A stretch of 45,966 nucleotides of DNA from Nemertoderma westbladi (taxonomy: Eukaryota > Animalia > Xenacoelomorpha). Below are positions 24,344-34,514 of the stretch, piece by piece. Position numbers and translations under genes: made by a program. The DNA is taken from contig JAUCBJ010008900.1 of NCBI GenBank assembly GCA_032718475.1, positions 1 to 45,966 on the forward strand, given 5' to 3'. Under the pieces are notes generated by a model that was not told the DNA's origin, made no database searches, and saw only the letters and a program-made list of their open reading frames with translations. Positions within the stretch are counted from its first letter, which is position 1; every line of letters starts with the position of its first letter.

Positions 24344-24942
24344 CTAAGGGGAGAAATAGACATGTAGACTTGTATAGTGACTTGTCTACCATTAAAGCAT
24401 TAATGGTGTTTAAATTGTTATAGGTAAAAACTATCTAGCGAAATATGGTTAATTTACATTTCAGAAAAAGATAGACATAATATTGAAGATAGAGGGAATA
24501 CCTCTAAGGGGATAGATGGGATAATCTTTAATAATTATTGAATAAGGGGTAAGAAACTCCTAATCGATAGGTTTGTTTATTGTAAAAACATGAGGAATGA
24601 TCGAAATAGGCAATGTAAATAAGAGCATTAATATATGATTTATATAAAAATGAAGCTGCAGTGACAAGAAGTAGTTTTAGAAGACAGCTCACCACGTTTT
24701 CGAAACCATTGAGAGTATTTGGTTGATAAGATTTGATATAGAGCATTGCAATTCACAGCACAATGTTAAGAGACACTTTAATAATACAAATTCTCTACTC
24801 GAAATATTGACCACTGAGAAGGCACATACTGGTATATAGAATAACAATATGCATTGAACGGATGAACAATGCTACTTTAGTTTGATATGGATTCACATAA
24901 GAAATAACAAGATATTTTTATTGTCATATGACGCATAATCAA

Positions 24943-25511
24943 TTAAGATAAGATAAGATATTTTATTAGAGGAGACACCTCGGCTAGTGCAGCACACATA
25001 ACATTGATAAACAACACACTTATATCATTAAAATTTACGACACGAAGTGACTTATGCACCAGCTAAACTAAGATTAAGTAAAATTATACACTTCAATAAA
25101 ACATAGTTAAAATCAATATTAAACGTTACAGATTTCGATCAAATTTTATATATTTTTTAAAATCCACAGTAAGTAATTTCGACTTAAAAACGTTAAGAGA
25201 CGGACTATTCACCACATTAGTAGGTAAATCGTTCCATATGTTAACAACACGGTTGAAAAATACGTTCTCAACACAGTTTGTATTGCACTTTGACCCACGA
25301 ATTTTGAAACGATGTCCTCTGGTAATGCAATTTCTTAATACGGTAAAATAGTCATTGCACCTAAGATTAACTAGACCGTGCATTATCTTAAAAGTGTATA
25401 CCAAGTCAGCGTGTATCCTACGTAGTTCTAGTGGCTGTAGGCCTAGATATGTCAATCTCTCAATATATGGGATATCTGGGTCCAGATGACAACGAAAAAA
25501 CAGACGCCTTG
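24943..25511 (-). mobile_element. 3' end of a CR1/L2-group non-LTR retrotransposon (ORF2 C-terminus plus 3' UTR)
   Basis: TRRLF...YIERLTYLGLQPLELRRIHADL...TRGH...FFNRVVNIWNDLP with stop at 25126. AATAAA and a (TATCT)n tail follow near 24945-24967. It is interrupted at 25511/25512 by the LTR element. Confidence 0.9.
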
Positions 25512-28500
25512 TGTAAAAGCTTTTGCGTAATTAGCCGGTTATTTTCCCCGTAAAGTACTCTGTAGTTGGTTTACTGGGCATAAAAAGGCCGTGTCCTTAC
25601 TGTACTGGTGTTTTAGAGGACATAAAAGCCATTTCTTCTGTATTTGTACTTTAGAGGACATAATCCGCAATTTCGGGACGCAATAAGCTCAATACTCTTG
25701 AAAACAGTGTCGCTACCATGACGACGGCTAACAGCTGATATTGCCACGTCGACATTTCTTTGTTTCTTTGTTCTCTCGTTGTTCGGTCGACCAATCAGAG
25801 CGTTTTTTGTCTCTGTGTTGGAGGTGGATACAGAAACTCAGGAATTCAGTGTTATGTTTTTGCCCAGAGCCTAAGAACACCGGCTTTTGGCACCTCCGTG
25901 TTTCAGTCTTTAGTCTTACATTAGTAGGCTTAATTATAGAACGTATATCTGTTATCTACCTACTTACTTACTCACTCACTATCCATAAACTATTAATCTT
26001 ACAAATCTTACTAATATTACTGCATTTACTGTCGGTTATTCGTTATATTTGTTGATTAAATATTATATCGGAATACTGATCAATAGTCAGACACCCCACC
26101 TTCTTGATATACTAAAGGTTAGAGAGACCGGTTACAGATAAACGATTGCGACCTATGTTAAGTGGTTTGGAGTGAATTTAATGCTATTTCATAGGCCCGA
26201 CATAAATTGTCTGTTGCTCTCTTTATACGTGACTAAATTTAGTGAAGGTCGGCAGGTTAGTGTGCAGTATTGTGCAGCATTGTGTATGAGTGTAACTGAT
26301 AACAAAGCATCTCCTAAAGAATGCGCCATATACGTGAATCTGTAGCCTTTTCGTTGTGTCTAGTTTAAGTCATAACTCTGTTTACATATTTAGAGCGCCA
26401 CGTCCTAAAGGAACTGTTAATATTTCCCGAAAGTGAATAATATTTGTCAGAGATTATATATTACGATCAGTCGAATAATACAGTAGGCTTACACCATCAA
26501 TCATTAAGCTTCCGAATTCAGTCTCCCGGGTATATCCAGCGGGTGAATGATTGCGCATAGACTGGCTTCGGCTAATGTAGTGTATCAAATACTCGTCATA
26601 GGCTAAAGACTATCTATCATCCAAAAGACATTCTAATTTTGGCAGGTTAAACTGTCAAAGGTCTTCAAAAGCGCAAACAATAACAGATATTCGGTTCTGA
26701 TTGCGGTGTAGGCAATAAATACAGTCTAATATTGTTTTTGGTAAAAACAATAACAGATATTGCTTCTGGATTGCGGCGTAAGCAATCAAGTCGAAAGTAC
26801 CGGTCGACCGGTAACCAGTAGGCCTGACTGCCTGATCATCCGGACCGGTACCTACAGTAGTACAGGTACAGCAGTATTATTCGATTGTGGTATTGTATAC
26901 CGGTAGGCTGTTTAAGAGATTAGGGACTGTACACCCCTTGTTTCTTTTGGAGCTTACTTATTTCTGTCAGTTTTATTTATTTGTAGGCCAGTATTGAGCA
27001 GAAGGCGTGTAAGCCTGCTCAGATTGTACAGATAATTTGTAGGCTTGACTGTTGTCTAACTGTTGTTAAGTCTGAACGGATTGCAGTGTGTGTAGAGCAT
27101 CTGTCCGATGAAGTGCTAGTTAGGAAAGTAGGGGCTTCAAGTGCTGTGAGGTAAACCCCCTGTGAAAGAATAAGTCGTACTACTGGGTTAGAACGCATAC
27201 TAACTAATCATTTCGGAGTCTGCATATACTGTAGTGTATTTGGGCTTGATAGTAGTCTGCCATCGTTTAGTCTGTACTTTGTTTGTGTAGTCTGTACGGG
27301 TAGCGTGTAATTTTATTTAGATAATTTGTAGGCTGGATAGTTGTCTGGCTGTTGTTGGGTTTGAGGAAATTTCGGTGTGTGTAGAGCATCTGTCCGATAA
27401 AGTGCTAAGTTAGGAAAGTAGGGGCTTCAAGTGCTGTGAGGTAAACCCCCTGTGAAAGAATAAGTCGTACTACTGGGTTAGAACGCATACTAACTAATCA
27501 TTTCGGAGTCTGCATATACCGTAGTTTGTTTAGGCTTGATAGTAGTCTGTCAGTATTTGGTCTGCATTTTGTTTGAGTAGTCTGTACGCATAGCGTAATA
27601 TTTATTATTCAGAGTTTATGCGATTATTCGCAACATTCATTCCCCAAGTTTGTTCCTACAGTAATTGTGTTTGTTATACATACCGTTATAGTTAAACTAA
27701 CCCCGGTACTACATCAGGGCTGCTCGGCGTAGGTAAAGACTGGAGATTTTGTGCTTTGGTCACTCCGGCAGATACCGTGGTTCTTTTGGCTGTTCAAGTA
27801 TTTTTAACTACTGATTATTTGTTATACAAGTACTTGTACCTAATTTAGGGTTTAGTGTACAGTACTTTCCGAAGGTGATTAGTGTGTAGGCAGTATATTT
27901 GTGTTGTAAAGTGGTTAATAGGCAAGTTGGTTCTGGTAGACCGCGATAATTAACTTCTGGGTAGGAACACTCCGTGATACATAACGTAGTACCTATAGCG
28001 ATACGGTTATAGGTCGTCAGGCGGTGGTATTTTCCTATCTGGACAGCGCAGTATATTTACTACTGCTTATTATTTTCAAATACCGTAGTAATCTGTCCGT
28101 TGTAATAACCAGATATTCTAACCCTTTGTTAGGCTGGTTAGTAGACTTCTTGTAAAATTACCCTAAAAATTTGTATTTGTGTATTTGTAATTAAATTTTT
28201 GTGTTTATTTAGAGATTGTAATCTCAACCCGAATTGTACGTAATTTGTAGTATTAAGTAACTTAGGTAAATTAGAATTATTTGTTTTAGTGTCTAACAAG
28301 TAGCACTCCACTGAGAGCGCACAGCTTATGTGTAGTGACTCCCCCAGAAATAATAACATTTATTTCAAACATTGACAAAACCCATTAAACGGGTATATAT
28401 ATATTATAAATCAACTCAAACGATTTATAAATAGTAGGCCTGCCATATAACAATTAGGTCTCAATATCAGTTGGACTACTGCTCAAATAACGGTAATAAA

Positions 28501-31500
28501 GTAAGTTAAAGTAACCAAGTAACCCTTAAAATTCAGAAATTCAATTATTTAAAATAATTGATATACCGGTATTTACAATAGGCTTATTATCTTTATTTTC
28601 ATAAACTTAGGCTGAAATCATACCGGTATTCTGTAATTAATTCTAGTTAATAATTATACTTATATTTATATACACTATAAGTGTAAACTGCATACCGGTA
28701 TTCACGATAGGCCTATTATATATTTATATATATTTGTGCTAAAATTATATACCGGTATTCTGTAAAAAACCTAGTCTGTAATAATACTTATATATACCAT
28801 AAGCATACCGGTGTTCTAACATTATATATATATCACGCTACACTGAGTAGCAGTATCGGTAATTAATTACTAGGCTAGCAGTTAATGCTGAATTACTAGA
28901 CTTGCTTAGACTGTAATATAGCAGTAGGCATTCAACTGTGCAAACAAACATGTCTGATACTAAGCAGAACCTGTCAGACAGTTTATTAGATGCAACTATC
29001 TGCGACTCAGATAAGGGTGTAGAACCGTCTACACCTAAGTTCAGTTCACCTCCCACTGTGAGGAAGGTCATCCCTCCAGTAGTAATAGAAGAACCTAAGC
29101 TGGTCCAGCATCGTAGGTCTATCATAGGCACTCGAGCTCAGGTCAAGCGGGACCAAGAAGCAGCGGAACAGCAACAACCCGCGAGCCAAGAACTTATTTC
29201 TCAGCGGCCCTACAGTTCCAGTAGTGAGGATACTGTAGAGCTGACACCCGAGCGCGGAGCAAAGATGACGGATGCGGTTTATTCGGATCCCCTTCTCATC
29301 CTGCCTGCAGCCGTACTCACTAGGATATTGATTGCGGTGGAAGAACACCAGATCGATTGGGCGAGAACTAAGCAATCGACTAAAGATAGTTATGCGGGAT
29401 ACACAAAGGAAGAACTGAAGTCTATTGTTGAGTCGCAATGGAACTTCCCCGGACCCGGACTCCCGTTTGATTTATCAGAAGCTGCCTGGGAAGACATACA
29501 CCGGATGGGAGTAACCAAGGAGACCATCGATCCAGCTGTGTGGAAGAGGTCCGCAGCCGGATACGCACAGGGATTCTTCAGCTCTATGGAGCGAGTAAAA
29601 GAACAACTGTTCCAACAACCTCAAGGACCTCAAGAGCAGGGACAACTGCTTTATCAAGTTAGAGAAAGAATTCTGCGAATCAGGCTAATATTATCGGCCT
29701 TTGAAGAGGCTTCTAAAAGAAGACAAGACACGTCGTTGCAAGTTGCCGTAAAGACTTGGTTTCAACGGGTGAGTCTCCAGGTTCAAGGAACAGCTCAGTG
29801 GAAAGCTCAGCTGGAGGAGCGCTCAACCCATGGAGAATCAACAGACGCTACTTTTTCCCAAGTGGAAAGTGAAGCGATGGCAGAGAAACCGCATAAGAGG
29901 GATGCCATTGACATCTATCTGTCAGACTATCAGCGTTTTTTGGGAGATGAAGAGTTGAGGAGAAGGCTAGATGGACTTAGCCCTAATAGTGAAGGAGCCC
30001 AGCGTGTGTTGGACGCAATTGATGTGGATAGGTTAGCGGCGAACCAAGCTAAATTCGATGAACAACTCCGCATCGCTAGAGACCAAGAAGAAAGGGTGAA
30101 GAAAAAACGCATAGAAGACAGAAAGAAAGCAGCAGTAGCAGCTGCAGAAGCCGAAAGGAAAGCAGCCGAAGAGGAAAGTAAAGCAGCCGAAATGGAAAGA
30201 AAAGCGGCAGCTGCAGCGGCAGAGGCAGAAGCAGAAGCGAAAAGAAAAGCGGCAGCGGCAGAGGCAGAAGTGAAAAGAAAAGCAGCTGAAATGGAAAGAA
30301 AAGCGGCAATGGCAGCGGCAGAAGCAGAACGGATAGCGGCTGAAGAGATCGCCCAATTAGAATTGGAAAATATTCAGGAGAATCAAGACTGCATAAATAA
30401 ACAGTTAACAGCTAGTAATATGCAGATGATGAATCGATCTACTCCCAAAAGACAGGGATATACATCATCTGAGGAAGGCGATACCACCAATACTGAAGGC
30501 AAAAGAAATAGATCTCACCTAAGCAGACGTAAAAGAACATTCCACCGTCAGAAATTGCCTGATTTGCCTCCAGCTGTTAGAAGGCAACTAAATAACACCA
30601 ACTTAGGTAGTACAGAACCCACAGACCAAATAATTACAATAGAAAGACTCCCTACTATAGTAGATGAGCCTGAAATAATTAGGCCTGTTCCCGAAGCCAC
30701 CCTTTCGGTCGTAGAGACACCTGTACTCCCTGAACCTACCTCTCAATTCCCTTTGCACAGCACTAAGCTACCTGTGCCCAGTAGAACAGCCCATGAGACA
30801 GTTCAGGTCCTAGACTCCGAGCGAAATATTCATGATTTGTCGCCCGTCGTCCCTCGTCCGCCCGCTTCAACGTTGGCGAATCCCGCTTCGGCGGTTGAAT
30901 GGGTGGATGAGAGACGACGGGGGATGGATCTCCTGCTCGGACAGATGCAGGAGACCGTTCAGCAATTCAAGGGCACAGTAAGGGAAAGTAGATTAGAGTT
31001 GCAAGAAGTGCAGCAAAGTATCGCGCTAGAACGCGATAAATTAGTAAATACACAAAAGGGTATACCAACACCCCCTGTAACAATGTGTCAACCTGTTAGG
31101 TCTGAAGTATTTCATGCGCAAGGTGTGGAGCCTACACGCATCTATACTGCTAGTGAAGTAGAAACTCCTATAGTAAACCCTATTCAGGGTAATTATAAAC
31201 CTGTTGATAATAATATTCCACATAGACCTGATCATAATCCGAGAAATTTATATACCGATAATTCTATATTCAATAATACGATGGCTCAAGAAAGTTTTAC
31301 GCGTCAAATGGCTAGAACCGAAGCCCGTCAGGCGGTAAAGGTTGGAGAGATCGTCAAGTTCAATGGAGATGAGATGAAATGGTTACCTTTTAATGAATAT
31401 TACAAAGATAACATACAGAACTCTGTGCTATCTAATGGAGAGAAACTTAGATTCCTCATCGAGTGCTTGGAAGGATCTCCCAAGTTAATGGCATTAAAGT

Positions 31501-34496
31501 TTATTGGACATCCAGACGGATTAAGACAAGTTTGGGATACACTAAACATCAGGTATGGTAATAGGAATAACATAGCTGGGTATTTGTATGCAAAGTTGGT
31601 AGCGCCCCGAAAGTTTATTAGCAGCGGAATTATAGAGTTTTCCGATGAGATTCAGGAGATCTGCAGACAATTCGATTGGCTAGGTAAGTCTCATGAGTAT
31701 CAGAATGCTATGGTTATTAGAGCAGTGGCTTCTACTTTACCGAAGGGTGGAGTAGGTACACGCTGGGATAAGAAAGTGTTATATATGATGGAACAACAAC
31801 GACGAGACCCTACCATGGCTGATCTCATGTCATTCCTAGATGGAGAAGTGAAATTACAGCTCCTGAAACTGTCCAGAGAGAAGACACCGGAAAACAAGGT
31901 AAGTGAAAAACCCGTCTCTAGGAGAAAGGTAACACCAGTGTGTTATAGAGACGACGGCAAAAGCCAGACTTCTCAAGGAGAAGATAGCGGGAAAGACACT
32001 GACAGATCTTATTATGTCAATAAAATGCCTAAAGATCAGGTAAGTAAATTCAAGTCTCGAACCAATGACAGGAGAGAACAGGTAAGAAAAACTCCTCCTA
32101 CGTCTCCCAAGAGAATTCAGGTGAGAAAGCCCGAAGAAAAAACCAGTGTGCACAATGTTACGCACAATAAGGTAAGTAACATCAAACCGAAATGTGCGCT
32201 ATGTGATGGGACCCATCGCTTGAATATGTGTGATGAATTCCTAAAGAAATCATTAACTGATAAGCGGTTGTGTTATAATTGCCTCAGACAAGGACACCAA
32301 CGGCGAACCTGTTACTCTGACACAAGATGTGCCAAGTGCGGTGCGAAACATCATATCTTGTTGCACACTGAATTCGAGCGAAATAGTCCGAGTCAGGTAA
32401 GTGATTCCGAATTACATGTCCAATTCAGTGATGTGAACGACACTGATCAATCTGAGATGGAAGGATTCTATACGGACGAGTTCTCCGATGAAAACGAATC
32501 CTGTTACACGATAAATACCACAGTGTATCGAGCACTTACTTATGAAAAAGATACAGACATTGACCTCGCTCTAACTACTTCTGATCGACAACCATCTTGG
32601 AAAGCGCCAACTTCCAATGTAGGGATTAGAGAATTTCCTGTGGTACAGGTAAGGGTCCACGGACCAAAAAGGAGTTATGTAGTGAACGCCCTCCTTGACT
32701 CCGGTAGTACAGGAACATTCATCGACAAAGAGCTAGCCGAAGACATATTCGCTGGACAACCCAAGTTCCGAACTAAGCTAAACATGTCAGGAATTATGCA
32801 AGTTTGGAAATCTACAGTAACAGCGGATTATTATGTAGGTGCGTTGTCCACCCCCCAGGACGAACTAGGAGAACATAGCATAAGGTCAGTGAAAATGGTG
32901 GCTATAAAGAACTTCGCTACTACTCAAGCAGACCTTTATAATTGGGACGAGGATGAGAGCATCCAACATCTTAAGATACCTCGATTCCAGACTGATTATC
33001 CTGGAGTGCAAATACTCATCGGCCAAAACGCGCATGAGGCGCTCGAGACACTGGAGAAATGGCCTGCTCAACCGCAGCCACTACAAACCTATGCGGTAAG
33101 AACTAGAGTAGGTTGGTACTTTACTGGCCCTTCCCGTAGAACTCTCATGGAAAGATTACCGAAAGATCAGGTATATCAAGTGCGAGAATGGGAAGTTGAG
33201 AACAGTGAGTTCGACGATCCAACTGAGGGAACTCCATACTCCTCAGACAACGACGATATACATCAACTCTTCGATGAGGAGAATGCCATCGATCTCCTTA
33301 AGGAAAGCGAGACTTGGCAAAATCAAGTGAACTTATGCCAACTCCTTCTCCCATCCGAGCGAGACGACTATAACGACGAGCTTAATGACGTCATTGAACG
33401 TTATAATGCCAAGACTCGGGATGAACACGCCGTAAGATTCTTTACTCAAGAGGTTGTAGAGCCCAACTCCTACGATAAGGACCTATCGGTGGAGGAAGAA
33501 AGAGCCAAGCAGATCCAAGCGACAACTACTCGTTTTCTTAAAGATCAAGGTAGATATGAGATCGGTCTTCCTTTCCGAAAGCGAGAACCAAAGTTCATTA
33601 ACAACAGACCTTTGGCGGAGAAAAGAATTGCTCAACTACATCGACGCCTTACGGCAAATTCTTCAGCTAAAGAAATGTATCAAACGCAGTTGAAGAAGTT
33701 TATTAGCAAGGGATATGCGGAGCTAGTACCGGAAGAAACACCTATAACTGAGAGAACGTATTATTTAACTCACCATTACGTTCCCAAACCCGGTAAACCC
33801 CATGAAGTACGAGTGGTGTTTGACGGTTCCGCCCTTTATATGGGCCAATCTCTTAATTCTGAATTGTTACCCGGACCCAACTTACTCCAATCCTTGTTGG
33901 GAATACTATTAAGATTAAGACAATATTCCATTGCTTTCGCCTCAGATATAGAAGGCATGTTCTTACAAGTCAAAGCGCTGGATAGGGATCGAGATAGTCT
34001 ACGATTTTTGTGGTGGCCCGAAGGAGACCTCAATAAGAAACCGGTGGAGTACTGGATGACCATCCAAGCTTTTGGGATAATCTCGAGCCCTTCAAACGCC
34101 TGTTCCGTGGTGCGCACTACTGCGGATGACAACAGAGACGCCTTCTCTAAAGAGGTGATCGACAATATCAAACGAGACATCTACATGGATGATAATCTGA
34201 AGTCCCTTCCATCAGTCGAAGAAGCCATTGAGGTCGCTAAAGGAACGGTAGAATGCTTAAAGAAAGGTGGATTTCGATTAACTAAATTCACCAGCAACTC
34301 CCGTGAGTTTCTGGAGTCGATCCCGGTAGAAGATCGAGGAACAAAGGACCTAGATCTAATAAAGGATGATCTCCCAGAAGCTAAGACCCTTGGTTTGAAA
34401 TGGGACACAGAAAGAGATATCCTGTTTTTCCAACTAAAACAGCGAGATAATCCAGTTCGGACTAAACGGATATGTTTAAGTATCCTGAGCACTTAT
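25512..34496 (+). mobile_element. BEL/Pao LTR retrotransposon copy 1 (subfamily A): LTR, long leader and 3'-truncated gag-pol
   Basis: Starts TGTAAAAGC and is homologous to the units starting at 34497 and 43448. The LTR 3' end is unresolved (candidate gcTTACA at 26493) because no 3' LTR with a flank is in the window. Confidence 0.93.
27030..27610. repeat. Two ~289-bp tandem repeats in the retrotransposon leader (also at ~36008-36580 and ~44959-45530)
   Basis: ataatttgtaggct...gtaaacccc...gaataagtcgtactactgggttagaacgcatact at 27032 and 27321. Confidence 0.92.
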
Positions 34497-34514
34497 TGTA
34501 AAAGCCTTTGCTGA
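28950..34514 (+). CDS. BEL/Pao Gag-protease-RT polyprotein, truncated before RNase H/integrase
   Basis: ATG at 28950 (MSDTK, matching copy 2). DUF1759-like Gag (KFNGDEMKW...LSNGEKLRFL), three Zn knuckles (CALC..H, CYNC..H..C, CAKC..HH..LH), protease LLDSGS, RT RVVFD / SLNSELLPGPNL / DIEGMFLQV / YMDD, then KTLGLKWD..TKR. The last codons (CKSLC*) come from the next LTR. Confidence 0.95.
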   Translation: MSDTKQNLSDSLLDATICDSDKGVEPSTPKFSSPPTVRKVIPPVVIEEPKLVQHRRSIIGTRAQVKRDQEAAEQQQPASQELISQRPYSSSSEDTVELTPERGAKMTDAVYSDPLLILPAAVLTRILIAVEEHQIDWARTKQSTKDSYAGYTKEELKSIVESQWNFPGPGLPFDLSEAAWEDIHRMGVTKETIDPAVWKRSAAGYAQGFFSSMERVKEQLFQQPQGPQEQGQLLYQVRERILRIRLILSAFEEASKRRQDTSLQVAVKTWFQRVSLQVQGTAQWKAQLEERSTHGESTDATFSQVESEAMAEKPHKRDAIDIYLSDYQRFLGDEELRRRLDGLSPNSEGAQRVLDAIDVDRLAANQAKFDEQLRIARDQEERVKKKRIEDRKKAAVAAAEAERKAAEEESKAAEMERKAAAAAAEAEAEAKRKAAAAEAEVKRKAAEMERKAAMAAAEAERIAAEEIAQLELENIQENQDCINKQLTASNMQMMNRSTPKRQGYTSSEEGDTTNTEGKRNRSHLSRRKRTFHRQKLPDLPPAVRRQLNNTNLGSTEPTDQIITIERLPTIVDEPEIIRPVPEATLSVVETPVLPEPTSQFPLHSTKLPVPSRTAHETVQVLDSERNIHDLSPVVPRPPASTLANPASAVEWVDERRRGMDLLLGQMQETVQQFKGTVRESRLELQEVQQSIALERDKLVNTQKGIPTPPVTMCQPVRSEVFHAQGVEPTRIYTASEVETPIVNPIQGNYKPVDNNIPHRPDHNPRNLYTDNSIFNNTMAQESFTRQMARTEARQAVKVGEIVKFNGDEMKWLPFNEYYKDNIQNSVLSNGEKLRFLIECLEGSPKLMALKFIGHPDGLRQVWDTLNIRYGNRNNIAGYLYAKLVAPRKFISSGIIEFSDEIQEICRQFDWLGKSHEYQNAMVIRAVASTLPKGGVGTRWDKKVLYMMEQQRRDPTMADLMSFLDGEVKLQLLKLSREKTPENKVSEKPVSRRKVTPVCYRDDGKSQTSQGEDSGKDTDRSYYVNKMPKDQVSKFKSRTNDRREQVRKTPPTSPKRIQVRKPEEKTSVHNVTHNKVSNIKPKCALCDGTHRLNMCDEFLKKSLTDKRLCYNCLRQGHQRRTCYSDTRCAKCGAKHHILLHTEFERNSPSQVSDSELHVQFSDVNDTDQSEMEGFYTDEFSDENESCYTINTTVYRALTYEKDTDIDLALTTSDRQPSWKAPTSNVGIREFPVVQVRVHGPKRSYVVNALLDSGSTGTFIDKELAEDIFAGQPKFRTKLNMSGIMQVWKSTVTADYYVGALSTPQDELGEHSIRSVKMVAIKNFATTQADLYNWDEDESIQHLKIPRFQTDYPGVQILIGQNAHEALETLEKWPAQPQPLQTYAVRTRVGWYFTGPSRRTLMERLPKDQVYQVREWEVENSEFDDPTEGTPYSSDNDDIHQLFDEENAIDLLKESETWQNQVNLCQLLLPSERDDYNDELNDVIERYNAKTRDEHAVRFFTQEVVEPNSYDKDLSVEEERAKQIQATTTRFLKDQGRYEIGLPFRKREPKFINNRPLAEKRIAQLHRRLTANSSAKEMYQTQLKKFISKGYAELVPEETPITERTYYLTHHYVPKPGKPHEVRVVFDGSALYMGQSLNSELLPGPNLLQSLLGILLRLRQYSIAFASDIEGMFLQVKALDRDRDSLRFLWWPEGDLNKKPVEYWMTIQAFGIISSPSNACSVVRTTADDNRDAFSKEVIDNIKRDIYMDDNLKSLPSVEEAIEVAKGTVECLKKGGFRLTKFTSNSREFLESIPVEDRGTKDLDLIKDDLPEAKTLGLKWDTERDILFFQLKQRDNPVRTKRICLSILSTYCKSLC

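Noticed and set aside
24166-24363. Stand-alone 65-aa ORF starting MSISPL
   Set aside because: The N-terminal residues are the intron's polypyrimidine tract and the stop lies in the GTAAGT donor; the region is an internal exon.
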